From positions 1-48,515 of the forward strand of contig JAFMMO010000002.1 in NCBI GenBank assembly GCA_017859655.1: 48,515 bases of DNA. The letters are read 5' to 3'. A model generated the notes under the pieces. That model made no database searches and had not been told where the DNA came from. It saw only the letters and a list, made by a program, of their open reading frames with translations. Source of the stretch: Pseudomonadota bacterium (GTDB lineage: Bacteria > Planctomycetota > UBA8108 > UBA1146). Shown here piece by piece: positions 1-9,388 of the stretch (position 1 is its first letter; every line of letters starts with the position of its first letter). Made by a program: the position numbers and the translations under genes.

Positions 1-612
1 GACGCGGACACGGGCCGGTGCCTCGCCGAGGCCGCCGCTCACGATCTCGGTGCCGCGCTCTCCCTCGACGATCCCGACCTCGCATCCCTCCGGGCACGGA
101 GCGCGTGGCTCGCGACGCAATGTCCGGAGCTCGGGCTCCCCCACCTGGATGACGAGGCGCTCGCCCGGCTCCTCCCCGAGCTCTGCGCGGGCCGGCGCTC
201 CTTCGCGGAGCTGCGGCGGGCCCCCCTCGTCGACTTCGTCCGCGGCCTGCTCGAAGCGGATCAGTGGCGCGCCCTCGAGCGAGGTGCTCCGGAGCGGATC
301 GAAGTCCCGAGCGGCAGCCGGATCCGCATCGACTACTCCCCGGATCGACCCCCGATCCTCGCGGTCCGCATCCAGGAGATCTTCGGCTGGACCGAGACGC
401 CTCGCCTCGCGGAGGGGCGCGCCCCTCTCCTTCTGCACCTCCTCGCGCCGAACCACCGCCCCCAGCAGGTCACGGATGATCTCCGGAGCTTCTGGGAGAA
501 CACCTATCCCGTGGTGCGCAAGGAGCTCCGTCGTCGCTATCCACGGCACGCGTGGCCGGAAGACCCCTGGACCGCGCAGGCGGAGAAGCGACCGCGGCGT
601 CGCGGAGGATGA
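1..612 (+). CDS. hrpB: ATP-dependent helicase HrpB, C-terminal fragment (5' end lies outside the window)
   Basis: Frame 1 is open from the window edge to TGA at 610-612. It is absent from the ORF track because it has no start codon in the window. The translation ...GSRIRIDYSPDRPPILAVRIQEIFGWTETPRLAEGRAPLLLHLLAPNHRPQQVTDDLRSFWENTYPVVRKELRRRYPRHAWPEDP matches the conserved HrpB C-terminal domain by eye. Confidence 0.8.
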   Translation, partial: DADTGRCLAEAAAHDLGAALSLDDPDLASLRARSAWLATQCPELGLPHLDDEALARLLPELCAGRRSFAELRRAPLVDFVRGLLEADQWRALERGAPERIEVPSGSRIRIDYSPDRPPILAVRIQEIFGWTETPRLAEGRAPLLLHLLAPNHRPQQVTDDLRSFWENTYPVVRKELRRRYPRHAWPEDPWTAQAEKRPRRRGG

Positions 613-615
613 TGC

Positions 616-1356
616 TCAGCCCCGCTCCTCCGGAGGCGCGGCCTCGCGTCCGCGTCGGTGGATGCGACCGGCCACGACCGCCTGAACCAGATTCCCCGCT
701 CCCCAGGTGAGCAGCAGCAGGGAGAGGACTCCGTAGATCCCGAGTCCGCCGGGGAGCGTGGCGAGGAGGAGCTCGAGGCCGCCGGGGCGTCGGGGGAGCT
801 CGGTCAGAGAGACGCCCGCCCCCCGCGCGACGAGGTGAAGCACGACCGCGAGGAGGAGCACCCAGCGACAGTTCCGGGCCTGGCGGTGGACCCGATCCGC
901 GGGGGAGCGTTTCGGGGTGGGCCCGGCCGGTGCTCTCATCCGCTCGGCGACGAGGGAGACGAAGCCACAGAGGGACCACGCGAAGAGAAGGGAGAGGAGG
1001 AGCGACACGCCCTCGATCCCCGTACGGACCGCGACGAGCCCGGGATCTCCCCGACCCTCGAGGGGGACAAGCCAGAGCGGAAGAGAGCAGACGAGGAGCG
1101 CACGAGCGAGCGCGAGCAGGGTCGCGAGATCGGGGTGCACTGCACGAAGATCGCGGAGAGCCCGCAGCGTGACCCACCACCCGCACCAGTCGGGAACGAG
1201 GGAGAGCTCGAGCCCGACCGTGGGGAGAGCGACGGAGGAATCGAGCAGGACCAGGATGAGGCCGTAGGAGATCCGCCGCAGGCGCGCGATTCCTTCGATC
1301 GTGGCGAGTCTCGACCAGTCGATGGACTCCGAGCTTCTGTCGTTCCTGACTGTCAT
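616..1356 (-). CDS. Hypothetical polytopic membrane protein
   Basis: 246-aa ORF with several hydrophobic helices (ISYGLILVLLDSSVALPTVGL, GVSLLLSLLFAWSLCGFVSLV, WVLLLAVVLHLV, GIYGVLSLLLLTWGAG). The overlapping + strand ORF (658..1491) is charged low-complexity sequence. No family recognised. Confidence 0.55.
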   Translation of the reverse strand: MTVRNDRSSESIDWSRLATIEGIARLRRISYGLILVLLDSSVALPTVGLELSLVPDWCGWWVTLRALRDLRAVHPDLATLLALARALLVCSLPLWLVPLEGRGDPGLVAVRTGIEGVSLLLSLLFAWSLCGFVSLVAERMRAPAGPTPKRSPADRVHRQARNCRWVLLLAVVLHLVARGAGVSLTELPRRPGGLELLLATLPGGLGIYGVLSLLLLTWGAGNLVQAVVAGRIHRRGREAAPPEERG

Positions 1357-1549
1357 GTCACAGGGCTCTCCACCTCGGTGATCCGCGCGCTCCCCGGGGA
1401 GGTGCAGTGCAGGTCAGTTCGGTCGCAAAGGACCGGCCCTTCGAGACATCTTCGCGGAGAAAGTACTTGGGCGGCTCCGGAGACAGGATAGTCTCTCCGT
1501 TGCACACACCTCATGGGTCGTTGCGACAAGGATCTTTGCTCACGGAACC

Positions 1550-1619
1550 CTGCGACGCGCTATTTTGCGTCCCGCCATGAGCGGTGCTCTACACCGGCAC
1601 AGAAGATAGCGCGTCGCAG
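1550..1619. repeat. Perfect 14-bp inverted repeat (CTGCGACGCGCTAT / ATAGCGCGTCGCAG) with a 42-nt spacer that contains a nested 5-bp hairpin
   Basis: Read directly: arms at 1550-1563 and 1606-1619. The stem can extend to 17 bp with one G-T wobble. The nested hairpin is CGGTG(1582-1586)/CACCG(1592-1596). It lies in a 330-nt non-coding gap downstream of the ABC-F gene. Confidence 0.8.
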
Positions 1620-1687
1620 CGACCCAGTTTTCTCCCCCTCGAACAGACCGCCCCTCGCTCCTCCCCCGGCCCCTCATCATCGGCCCT

Positions 1688-3565
1688 TCACTCGAGGTCG
1701 GAGAGCCGCTCCTCGAACTCCGCGCTCAGGCGATCGTGCTCGGTCTGCGCCTCCTCGAGCCGCGCGAACATCCTCTCCTCCTCACGCTTCGCCTGATGGA
1801 GGTCGCTCGAGAACATCGTGATCTTCCCGCTCTCCTGCTCGTTCGAAGCCTCGATGAGCTTCTGGGTGAGCACGGAGATCTCCTCCTCGAGCGCGGTGAT
1901 GCGCTGCTCGCAGGTCTCGATCTCCTGCGCGAGCGGCTTGAGGAGGCGGGAGCGCTCGGAGATGAGCGCGGCGCGCTCCCTCCGAAGCTCCTTCCGGCTG
2001 GTCCGCTTCCGGCTGCGATCGGGGGCCTCCGAGGTCGCGGTCGCCCCTCCCTGCGGGCCGCGGTCGGTCGCCGCCTCCTCCAGCCAGCCGATCCGGTCGA
2101 GGAAGTCCTGGTAGCCCCCCTCGTGGACCCGGACCTGCCCGCCATCAAAGACGACGAGTCGATTGCAGAGGCGATGGAGCATCTGCTCGGAGTGAGTGAC
2201 GAGGATCACCGTCCCGGGGAACTCCTCGATGGCATCGGTGAGGGCCTCCGTCGAGGGGAGGTCGAGGTGGTTCGTCGGCTCATCGAGGAGGAGCAGGTTC
2301 GCGGGGGTCGCGAGGACCTTGCCGAGGAGCACCCGGGCCCGCTCCCCTCCGGAGAGGACGTCGATCCGCTTCTCGGCGAGCTCGCCGCTGAACATCATCA
2401 GGCCGCAGATCCCCCGCGCTTCGGTCCTCGTCATGTCGACGCGGACCGACTGGATCTCCTCCTCGACCGTCTTCCCCTTCCGCAGGCGATCGACGTTGCT
2501 CTGACCGAAGTAGGCCATCTGGTGGTTCACATGGAGCTTCACCTGGCCGCTCTGGGGGATGAGCTCGCCGGCGATGGTGCGCAGGAGCGTCGACTTCCCC
2601 CGGCCGTTCGGACCGATGATGCCGATCCGGTCTCCCGCCTCCATCGTCATGACGAGATCCTTGAAGAGGTGGTCATCCGCCTCGTAGGCGAAGGTCGTCT
2701 CCTCGAGCTCGACCGCCCACTTGCCGTTGAAGGGAGCGGGGGTGAAGGCGAAGTCGAGGGTCTGGATCTCCTCGAGCTTGTCGAGCTGGCTCCGCTTCTG
2801 GATCTGCTTCAGCCGCGACTGCGCCTGGCTCGCGCGACGCGCCTTCGCGCGGAACTTCTCGACGAACCGCATCTCCTGCTTGAACTTCCGCTCCTCGTTG
2901 ACGCGGGTCTTCTCGTGGAGCTCCTCCTCCTGCTCGATCTGGGCGAAGACCTTCTCCGTGCCCCCGGAGAACTTCCGCAGCTGCCGGCGGTGGATCGCGA
3001 GGGTGTGCGTGGTGACCGCATCCATGAAGTCCCGGTCGTGGGTGATGAGGATCATGGTGTTGCGCCACCCCCGGAGGAAGCCGCGCAGCCAGCGGAGACT
3101 CACGATGTCGAGGTAGTTGTTCGGCTCATCGAGGAGGAGGAGATCGGGCTCCCCGAGAAGACACTTGGCGAGGTTGAGGCGGACCTGAAAGCCGCCGCTC
3201 AGCTCCTGCGGCGACATCCGGAACGCCTCCAGGGAGAAGCCCAGCCCGTGGAGCGCGGCCTCCGCCCGGTGAACCTCCAGATAGCCATCCTCATGGAGCT
3301 CGAGGCCCTCGCAGGCCTCATCGAGGACCGTCTCCCGGGTGAAGCGCAGATGCTGGGAGAGGTGTCCGACCTTGCAGTGCTTCGGGAGGATGATCTCCCC
3401 GGCATCCGGAGAGTCCTCCCCGAGGATGAACTTGAAGAGGGTCGACTTCCCGTGCCCGTTCAGGCCGATGAGCCCGACGCGCTCCCCCTTCTCGACGAGG
3501 GTCGATGCATCCTCGAAGAGGCCCTGCCCTCCGTAGGACTTCGTCAGGTTGCGCACTTCGAGCAT
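1688..3565 (-). CDS. ABC-F family ATPase (two ABC domains, no TM domain, C-terminal coiled coil)
   Basis: Two Walker A motifs (GLNGHGKST, GPNGRGKST) and two ABC signatures (LSGGFQ, LSGGER), followed by DEPTNHLD. The C-terminal tail is E/R-rich and helical. The ORF extends to ATG 3604, but ATG 3565 (MLEVRNLTKSYGG) has a GGAG 7 nt upstream and gives a canonical N-terminus. Confidence 0.9.
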   Translation of the reverse strand: MLEVRNLTKSYGGQGLFEDASTLVEKGERVGLIGLNGHGKSTLFKFILGEDSPDAGEIILPKHCKVGHLSQHLRFTRETVLDEACEGLELHEDGYLEVHRAEAALHGLGFSLEAFRMSPQELSGGFQVRLNLAKCLLGEPDLLLLDEPNNYLDIVSLRWLRGFLRGWRNTMILITHDRDFMDAVTTHTLAIHRRQLRKFSGGTEKVFAQIEQEEELHEKTRVNEERKFKQEMRFVEKFRAKARRASQAQSRLKQIQKRSQLDKLEEIQTLDFAFTPAPFNGKWAVELEETTFAYEADDHLFKDLVMTMEAGDRIGIIGPNGRGKSTLLRTIAGELIPQSGQVKLHVNHQMAYFGQSNVDRLRKGKTVEEEIQSVRVDMTRTEARGICGLMMFSGELAEKRIDVLSGGERARVLLGKVLATPANLLLLDEPTNHLDLPSTEALTDAIEEFPGTVILVTHSEQMLHRLCNRLVVFDGGQVRVHEGGYQDFLDRIGWLEEAATDRGPQGGATATSEAPDRSRKRTSRKELRRERAALISERSRLLKPLAQEIETCEQRITALEEEISVLTQKLIEASNEQESGKITMFSSDLHQAKREEERMFARLEEAQTEHDRLSAEFEERLSDLE

Positions 3566-3658
3566 GAGGGACTCCGCGGGGGGTGGGACGACCGGCGACC
3601 GCATCGCACGACATCGGGGCGCCGAGGTCGAGAGATCCTCGGGCGAATCCGAGGCTCC

Positions 3659-4258
3659 TCACCGGCCGGCGGAAGGGGTGCCGATCCGCCGCGCATCCAC
3701 CCGCATCGAGAGGAACTCCGCCCCGTCCCGATCGACGGAGTACATCGAGAGCACGAGGTGGTCCTGGGAGAGGCGATGCTCCACCAGACGGTAGGGGACC
3801 TCGCGACCGAGGATCGGATCGGTCATCGTTCCCGAGAGGGTCAGGGTCGAGCCCTCTCTCGTCCCCCGGAGCGTCGTCACGCCGGTCCCGAGGCTGTCGA
3901 TCCACGTCGAGTGATGCCGATCGAGGACCTCGTCGTGCCCGCTCAGGAACATCCCCTCGTACTCGAGCCCCATCAGCTCTCCCTCGACGCGCTCGATCAC
4001 GAGGCCCCCCCACAGGGCGGCCTCGACCCGGGTCCGGCCCCGGCCGCGACCCGGCTCGGCCCCCAGCCCGGCGTGGGACTCGCTCGTGAACTCCCACTCC
4101 CCCACCTTGGCGAGCAGCCACGCACGCTCGGCCGCCGCGCGGGACGGGCTCTTCGGAGGAGACTCCCCGGGCCCCGTCGGTCCGAGGAGCGCGAACCCCG
4201 CGACGGCGAGGATGAGGATCGTGCGGAGAATCGTCTGCCGGAGCGGGGACATCTGCAT
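3659..4258 (-). CDS. Secreted DUF1579-family protein
   Basis: Signal-like N-terminus (LRTILILAVAGFALLG). The core (...GGLVIERVEGELMG..YEGMFLSGHD......HSTWIDSLGTGVTTLRGT.EGSTLTLSGT...) is paralogous to the next gene and matches the DUF1579 pattern by eye. Confidence 0.7.
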   Translation of the reverse strand: MQMSPLRQTILRTILILAVAGFALLGPTGPGESPPKSPSRAAAERAWLLAKVGEWEFTSESHAGLGAEPGRGRGRTRVEAALWGGLVIERVEGELMGLEYEGMFLSGHDEVLDRHHSTWIDSLGTGVTTLRGTREGSTLTLSGTMTDPILGREVPYRLVEHRLSQDHLVLSMYSVDRDGAEFLSMRVDARRIGTPSAGR

Positions 4259-4360
4259 GAAGTACCGAGCCGTCCTTGCGCGGGGAACCGGCCCCGCACC
4301 GGGTCAGGGCCCGGAGGGCGCGGTGCGCCGCGACCTCCGGAACCCGCCGGGAGCACCGTC

Positions 4361-4951
4361 CTACTGCGCGGTCTCGCGCGCGTAGGACAGCTTCATGTTC
4401 CGGAACTCCTGACCGTCCGGACCCTTCATGAACATCTCGAGGGTGAAGTGATCGTCGTCGATCGTCTTCATCACCATTCGCATCGGGACCGAGCCTCCCT
4501 GCGCGGCGTCGGTCGTGTTGCCGGCGTAGGTGATGGTGTCCCCCTTGCGCGTCCCGTCCATCTGGGTCACCCCGGTGCCCCAGGTGTCGAACCAGGTCGC
4601 GTGGTAGATCTTCCGCGCGTTGTCGTAGCCGCTCACGCCCATCCCCTCGGTGGGCATCCCCATCATCATTCCCTGCATTCGCTCGATGAAGTAGCGTCCG
4701 CCGAGGGTCGACTCGATGGTGCTGGTCGAGGTCCCCTTCTCGGGGGGGAGAGCGGGGTCCATCCAGAACTCCGACTCGATCTTCCACTTGCCGACCATCC
4801 CGGCCATCTCCTGATGGACCTTCCCGGGCAGCATGTACTCCATCCACTTCTTCTGCATCTCGTCCGCGCCGCCGTCCTGGAGAGCCGCCTGCCCCACCAG
4901 CGCCAGACCCAGGACCAGGATCGCGGTCCCGGCGATTCGCACTCCTCGCAT
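4361..4951 (-). CDS. Secreted DUF1579-family protein (tandem paralog)
   Basis: Signal peptide MRGVRIAGTAILVLGLALVGQAA. The core (GKWKIESEFW...GGRYFIERMQG...GMGVSGYDNARKIYHATWFDTWGTGVTQMDGTRKGDTITYAG) is typical of DUF1579. Confidence 0.75.
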   Translation of the reverse strand: MRGVRIAGTAILVLGLALVGQAALQDGGADEMQKKWMEYMLPGKVHQEMAGMVGKWKIESEFWMDPALPPEKGTSTSTIESTLGGRYFIERMQGMMMGMPTEGMGVSGYDNARKIYHATWFDTWGTGVTQMDGTRKGDTITYAGNTTDAAQGGSVPMRMVMKTIDDDHFTLEMFMKGPDGQEFRNMKLSYARETAQ

Positions 4952-5167
4952 CGGAGCTCCTCTCGTTCATCGTCGTCCCCCGACCGCGAACCCGCACCTC
5001 GCGAGCTCCACGGCCGTCCTTGCGAGCCCGGGGGGACCCCTCAGTCTGCGGCAAGTCGGGATCGCGGTCGAGGTGCTGCCGCGAAGTCCGACAGGATCCC
5101 GGGACTACAGCCGCCGGGGAGGATGGGGCATAGTGTGCGGGTCCGTTCCCCCTGCGAAGGAGACCCC

Positions 5168-6487
5168 ATGATCCGAATCTGCGTCCCTCCACTGGCCCTC
5201 GCGCTCCTGCTCGTGACCACGACCTTCACATCCCCCCCTCCTCTCGAGGCGACCGGCCCGGCCCCGATCGGCGGCTGGACCACCCTCTTCGATGGGACAT
5301 CCGTCGAAGCGTGGCGGGGGTTCAAGAAGGACGCCTTCCCGGCGAAGGGATGGACGGTCGAGGATGGGTGGCTCCGCGTGGAGAAGGGCGGCGGCGGGGG
5401 GGACATCGTCACCCGGGCCCTCTATCAGGACTTCGACCTCAGCTTCGAGTGGAAGTGCGCGCCCGGTGCGAACTCGGGAGTGATGTTCGGAGTCTCGGAG
5501 CGGGAGAGCGCGCCCTGGGTCGCCGGCCCCGAGTTCCAGATCCTCGATGACGGCGACCTCGCCGCGGACTCCGACATCTCCGCCGGCGCCCTCTACGCCC
5601 TCGCCTCCCCGCGAGGGAAGAAGCTCAAGCCGGCCGGGGAGGTGAACCACGGCCGGATCGTCGTCGCCGGCGACCGCATCGAGCACTACGTCAACGGCGT
5701 TCAGGTCCTCTCCGTCCGCTGGGGCTCGGAGGATTGGAAGAAGCGGGTCGCCGAGAGCAAGTTCGGCGCGATGCCGCCGTTCGGCACGGTCCGCAACGGC
5801 CCGATCTGCCTGCAGGACCACGGAGACGATGTCTGGTTCCGGAACATCCGCATCCGTCGGCTCCGTCCGGAGGAGGTCTCCCTCGCCGGGGGGAGGGATC
5901 CGATCCGTCTCCTCGACGGTCAGGGCCTCGGCGCGTGGAGCCACTTCCTCCGCGGCGAAGGTGCGGCGATGGAGGACACCTGGAAGGTCGAGGACGGGGT
6001 GGTGATCTGCAGCGGCACGCCCGCCGGCTACCTCAAGACGAAGGAGCAGTACACCAACTACCTCCTCGTGGTCGAGTGGCGCTGGAGCCCCACCACAAAG
6101 AAGGCGGGGAACTCCGGGGTCCTGCTCCGCCAGATCGAGGATGACAAGGTCTGGCCCCGCTGCGTCGAGGCCCAGCTGATGTCGGAGCGAGCCGGAGACT
6201 TCTACAACATCGGTGAGTTTCCCATGCGCGGAGATCCGGAGCGCACGAAGGGTCGACACACCGCGCACACCCACTCGAACGAGTACCCGGTCGGAGAGTG
6301 GAACCGCTACGATATCCTCGTCTCGGGAGATCGCGTCGAGCTCCATGTGAACGGGCAGCTCCTGAATGTCGCCACGGAGGTGCTCGAGGTGCCGGGTCAC
6401 ATCTGCCTGCAGAGCGAGGGGACCGAGATCCACTTCCGCACCGTCGACCTCTACCCGATCCCGAGCGCCGGCGCCGGCGAGCCCTAG
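5168..6487 (+). CDS. Secreted protein with two DUF1080 (3-keto-disaccharide hydrolase-like) domains
   Basis: This is the real gene at the 3' end of the chimeric 1736..6487 ORF. ATG 5168 follows GAAGGAGACCCC. Signal peptide MIRICVPPLALALLLVTT. There are two copies of the DUF1080 pattern: W..LFDG.S...W.......GW.VEDG.L and NSG...R..EFQILDD...ICLQDHGDDVWFRNIRIR, then ...ICLQSEGTEIHFRTVDL. Confidence 0.85.
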   Translation: MIRICVPPLALALLLVTTTFTSPPPLEATGPAPIGGWTTLFDGTSVEAWRGFKKDAFPAKGWTVEDGWLRVEKGGGGGDIVTRALYQDFDLSFEWKCAPGANSGVMFGVSERESAPWVAGPEFQILDDGDLAADSDISAGALYALASPRGKKLKPAGEVNHGRIVVAGDRIEHYVNGVQVLSVRWGSEDWKKRVAESKFGAMPPFGTVRNGPICLQDHGDDVWFRNIRIRRLRPEEVSLAGGRDPIRLLDGQGLGAWSHFLRGEGAAMEDTWKVEDGVVICSGTPAGYLKTKEQYTNYLLVVEWRWSPTTKKAGNSGVLLRQIEDDKVWPRCVEAQLMSERAGDFYNIGEFPMRGDPERTKGRHTAHTHSNEYPVGEWNRYDILVSGDRVELHVNGQLLNVATEVLEVPGHICLQSEGTEIHFRTVDLYPIPSAGAGEP

Positions 6488-6581
6488 GACGACGGAGTCC
6501 GACACGAAGAGCGCCGGGCGACCGGAGGCGCGACCGAGAGAGAGGACCTCCGCTCCCCGCCATCGGGGGGCGGGGGTCCCT

Positions 6582-7031
6582 TCACATCCGGGAGTCGGGG
6601 AGAGAGACGACCCAGTAGAGGAGGAGGGCCGCCCGCAGGATCCAGGCGGCGGTCCGGAGCGCATTGGTACGGACGAGTCGCCGGATCACCTCGTGATCGG
6701 AGCCGTCCCGCTGCAGGAGGTCGTGGCACGGGACCTGGAGGAACATCGTCGAGAGCCAGACGATCTTCACGAGGACGAGCCCGACGATGGCGAGCGCGAG
6801 CTGCGGGGTCCCGAGGGCGGCGAGGAGCGCGCCGGCCGTTCCGATCGCCTCCCCGAACATCAGGGGAGCGACGATCGGCGTGACCCGACGCACATACCGG
6901 GAGTGATAGCGGGGGAAGCCCTCGCGGTCGATCTCGGCGAGCAGCGGGTAGTGCGCCCACTGCACGAAGGCGATCAACCCGGCGAGGGGAAGGGTCGTGG
7001 CGAGCTGGAGGACGAGCCAGGGATCGGACAC
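6582..7031 (-). CDS. Small integral membrane protein, DUF1772-like
   Basis: 149 aa with four hydrophobic helices. The N-terminal sequence LAGLIAFVQWAHYPLL....F..YH..Y resembles the DUF1772 (anthrone-oxygenase-like) family. The GTG start lies 3 nt after the upstream stop codon, which suggests translational coupling. Confidence 0.5.
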   Translation of the reverse strand: MSDPWLVLQLATTLPLAGLIAFVQWAHYPLLAEIDREGFPRYHSRYVRRVTPIVAPLMFGEAIGTAGALLAALGTPQLALAIVGLVLVKIVWLSTMFLQVPCHDLLQRDGSDHEVIRRLVRTNALRTAAWILRAALLLYWVVSLPDSRM

Positions 7032-7034
7032 GCC

Positions 7035-7916
7035 TCAGTCCGACGGAGTCGGCTCCGCCTCGTGGAGGAAGACCTCCCGCGCCCCGGGCGCGGCGGGAGT
7101 CGGCTCCGCCGCCGGCGCGACCCGGCGGATCGGGATCTGCGCCTCGATCCAGCGGTTGCGCGGGGGCACGTTGGGGCCGTTGTAGTAGAGACCTCGCGGC
7201 GGGCCGGCGATTTCCCAGCCGTCCAGCTTCGCGGCCCACGCCTTCAGCTCCTCGAGGCGGGGGATCGCCTGACCGGTCCCCACTCCCCCTTGGATTCCGA
7301 TGGCGAGCACGACGACCGCGGGGCGATCGACCACGGTGACATACCCCGCCTCCCCGGCCTCTCCCATGTCGGGAGTGCGGTAGAGGAAGGACATCGTCCA
7401 CCCGATCTCCTCATCGGTCTCGGAAGGAGCGTAGTCCATCTCGACCGGGGAGGTCATGGCGATCTCTCGCTCCTGAATGTGCTGAAAGAGCCGGAAGAAG
7501 GCGAAGTTCGAGGCCAGCTCCGGGCGTCGGTCCCCGCTGACCTCCGCGCGACGGGCGGAGGGGTAGTGCTTCACCTCGATCACCCCGGGGACAGTGGGTG
7601 GGGGGTAGCCCGCGGGAAGGGCGGTGTCGATCCGACACGCCCCCGCCGTGTAGAAGTCGGATCCCCCCGCGACGAGCTCGGCGAGCGGCTCCCCTCCAAC
7701 GCGGACCGAGGTCCCGACCGCCGGCGCCTCCGCCAGAGCCGCCGGCTCGGATGCGGCGACGACGATCACCTGCCGCTCGGCAGGGGGGGAGGGATCCCCA
7801 TCCGCTTCCTCCAGGGGAGTGGCGAGGACGGACGCGACACAGACACCGAGGACACCAAAGAGGAGTTGTAGGGCAAAGGTGGCGGGGATGGTGAACCGTC
7901 GGCTTGAGTCTCGCAC
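7035..7916 (-). CDS. SOUL heme-binding family protein with an N-terminal membrane anchor or signal and a Pro/Ala-rich linker
   Basis: GTG start. Hydrophobic N-terminus FALQLLFGVLGVCVASVLA. The C-terminal ~190 aa (IEVKHYPSARRAEV...FFRLFQHIQ...IAMTSPVEM.......MSFLY....G.........V.....PAVVVLAIGIQG....WEIAGPPRGLYYNGPNVPPRNRWIEAQIPI) fits the SOUL/HBP fold pattern. Confidence 0.7.
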   Translation of the reverse strand: MRDSSRRFTIPATFALQLLFGVLGVCVASVLATPLEEADGDPSPPAERQVIVVAASEPAALAEAPAVGTSVRVGGEPLAELVAGGSDFYTAGACRIDTALPAGYPPPTVPGVIEVKHYPSARRAEVSGDRRPELASNFAFFRLFQHIQEREIAMTSPVEMDYAPSETDEEIGWTMSFLYRTPDMGEAGEAGYVTVVDRPAVVVLAIGIQGGVGTGQAIPRLEELKAWAAKLDGWEIAGPPRGLYYNGPNVPPRNRWIEAQIPIRRVAPAAEPTPAAPGAREVFLHEAEPTPSD

Positions 7917-8086
7917 GGATGGGGTCCCTTCTGTGGGGGGTTGGAGGGAGTTTCGCCCCCCTTGAATCCCCGGATTCGGAAGTCCGCGATTCCTGGGGGG
8001 GCCGGGCCTCTCGAAAAGGACACACCGCGCTTTCGACGCCGTATCATGCGGGAAATCGCTGATCCCGCCCCCCGGAAGGAGCCCCC

Positions 8087-9307
8087 ATGTCGACGCTGTC
8101 CACCGGACCCTCCCTGCCTGGAAACGCCGTGATCGCCCAGTCGGGCGGACCGACCGCGGTGATCAACCAGTCCCTCGTCGGCTGCATCGAGGCGCTCCGG
8201 GAGTTCTCCGACATCGGGCGGATCTACGGCGCCCGCCACGCCGTGGCCGGAATGGTCGCCGACGACTTCGTCGACCTGACCGAGACCCCCGACCGCACCC
8301 TCGCTCGGGTGGCCGCGACCCCCTCCTCCGCCCTCGGCACCTCCCGGGACAAGCCGGACGAGGCCTACTGCGAGCGGATCTTCGAGCGGCTCGCCGCCCG
8401 CGAGATCCGTCACTTCTTCTACATCGGCGGCAACGACTCCTCTGACACCTGCCGGATCGTCAGCGAGGTGGCCCGAGCCCGGGGCTACGAGCTGCGCGCC
8501 TTCCACATCCCGAAGACGATCGACAACGATCTGGTGAAGAACGATCACACCCCGGGCTTCGGCTCCGCCGCCCGGTTCGTCGCCTGTGCCCTCATGGGGG
8601 ACTCCCTCGACAACGCCGCCCTCCCGGGGATCAAGATCGATGTGATCATGGGCCGCCACGCGGGCTTCCTCACCGCGGCGAGCCTCCTCGCCCGCACTCC
8701 GGCCGGGAGCGGCCCCCACCTCATCTATGTCCCGGAGGCCACCTTCGACCTGGATCGCTTCGTCGCGGATGTCGACCGGATCTACACCCGGGAGGGGCGC
8801 TGCGTCATCGCCGTCTCGGAGGGGATCCACGATGAGAGCGGCACGCCGATCGCGGCTCGCATCGCGGAGCAGCTCACCGGCGAGGTCGAGGTCGATGCCC
8901 ATGGGAACGTGCAGCTCTCCGGGAGCGGAGCCCTGGGAGACCACCTCGCGAACCTGATCAAGAGTCGGCTGGGGAAGAAGCTCCGGGTGCGCTCCGACAC
9001 CTTCGGCTACCTCCAGCGCTCCTTCGCGGGGTGCGTCAGCCCCTCCGATGCCACCGAGGCGCGGGAGGCGGGCCGCGCCGCAGGCCGCGCCGCCGCGGAT
9101 GGCCTCCTCGAGGCGAGCATCACGATCGAGCGGACCTCGTCCGATCCCTACTCCGTCGCCTACACTCCGGTCCGATTGTCGGAAGTTGCGCGCAAGACCC
9201 GCACGCTGGAGCCGAAATACATAGTGGACGGGTGCGACATCGCCGAGGAGTTCCGCGGCTATCTGGCACCCCTGGTCGGTGACCTCCCGGTGGTGGAGGG
9301 GCTCTGA
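8087..9307 (+). CDS. pfp: 6-phosphofructokinase family protein, probably pyrophosphate-dependent (PPi-PFK)
   Basis: RBS GGAAGGAG. PFK motifs SGGPTAVIN, FFYIGGNDSSDT and HIPKTIDNDL are present. The Lys in PKTIDND and the acidic residue in GG-N-D-S (where ATP-PFKs have GGDGS) are the classical PPi-type discriminators. Confidence 0.8.
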   Translation: MSTLSTGPSLPGNAVIAQSGGPTAVINQSLVGCIEALREFSDIGRIYGARHAVAGMVADDFVDLTETPDRTLARVAATPSSALGTSRDKPDEAYCERIFERLAAREIRHFFYIGGNDSSDTCRIVSEVARARGYELRAFHIPKTIDNDLVKNDHTPGFGSAARFVACALMGDSLDNAALPGIKIDVIMGRHAGFLTAASLLARTPAGSGPHLIYVPEATFDLDRFVADVDRIYTREGRCVIAVSEGIHDESGTPIAARIAEQLTGEVEVDAHGNVQLSGSGALGDHLANLIKSRLGKKLRVRSDTFGYLQRSFAGCVSPSDATEAREAGRAAGRAAADGLLEASITIERTSSDPYSVAYTPVRLSEVARKTRTLEPKYIVDGCDIAEEFRGYLAPLVGDLPVVEGL

Positions 9308-9388
9308 GTCCCTTCAGCGAATGCGCTTCGGATCTCACTCCCGCGGGGGAGCGGGCCGGACTCCGGGAAAACCGGGGATGAAGGTGCG

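Noticed and set aside
1736-6487. A 1583-aa + strand ORF, the longest on this side of the window
   Set aside because: It is chimeric. The first ~3.4 kb runs antisense to the well-supported ABC-F and DUF1579 genes and translates to R/G/E/L/P-rich low-complexity sequence. Only the last 440 codons, from ATG 5168 with an RBS and a signal peptide, form a real gene (the double-DUF1080 protein).
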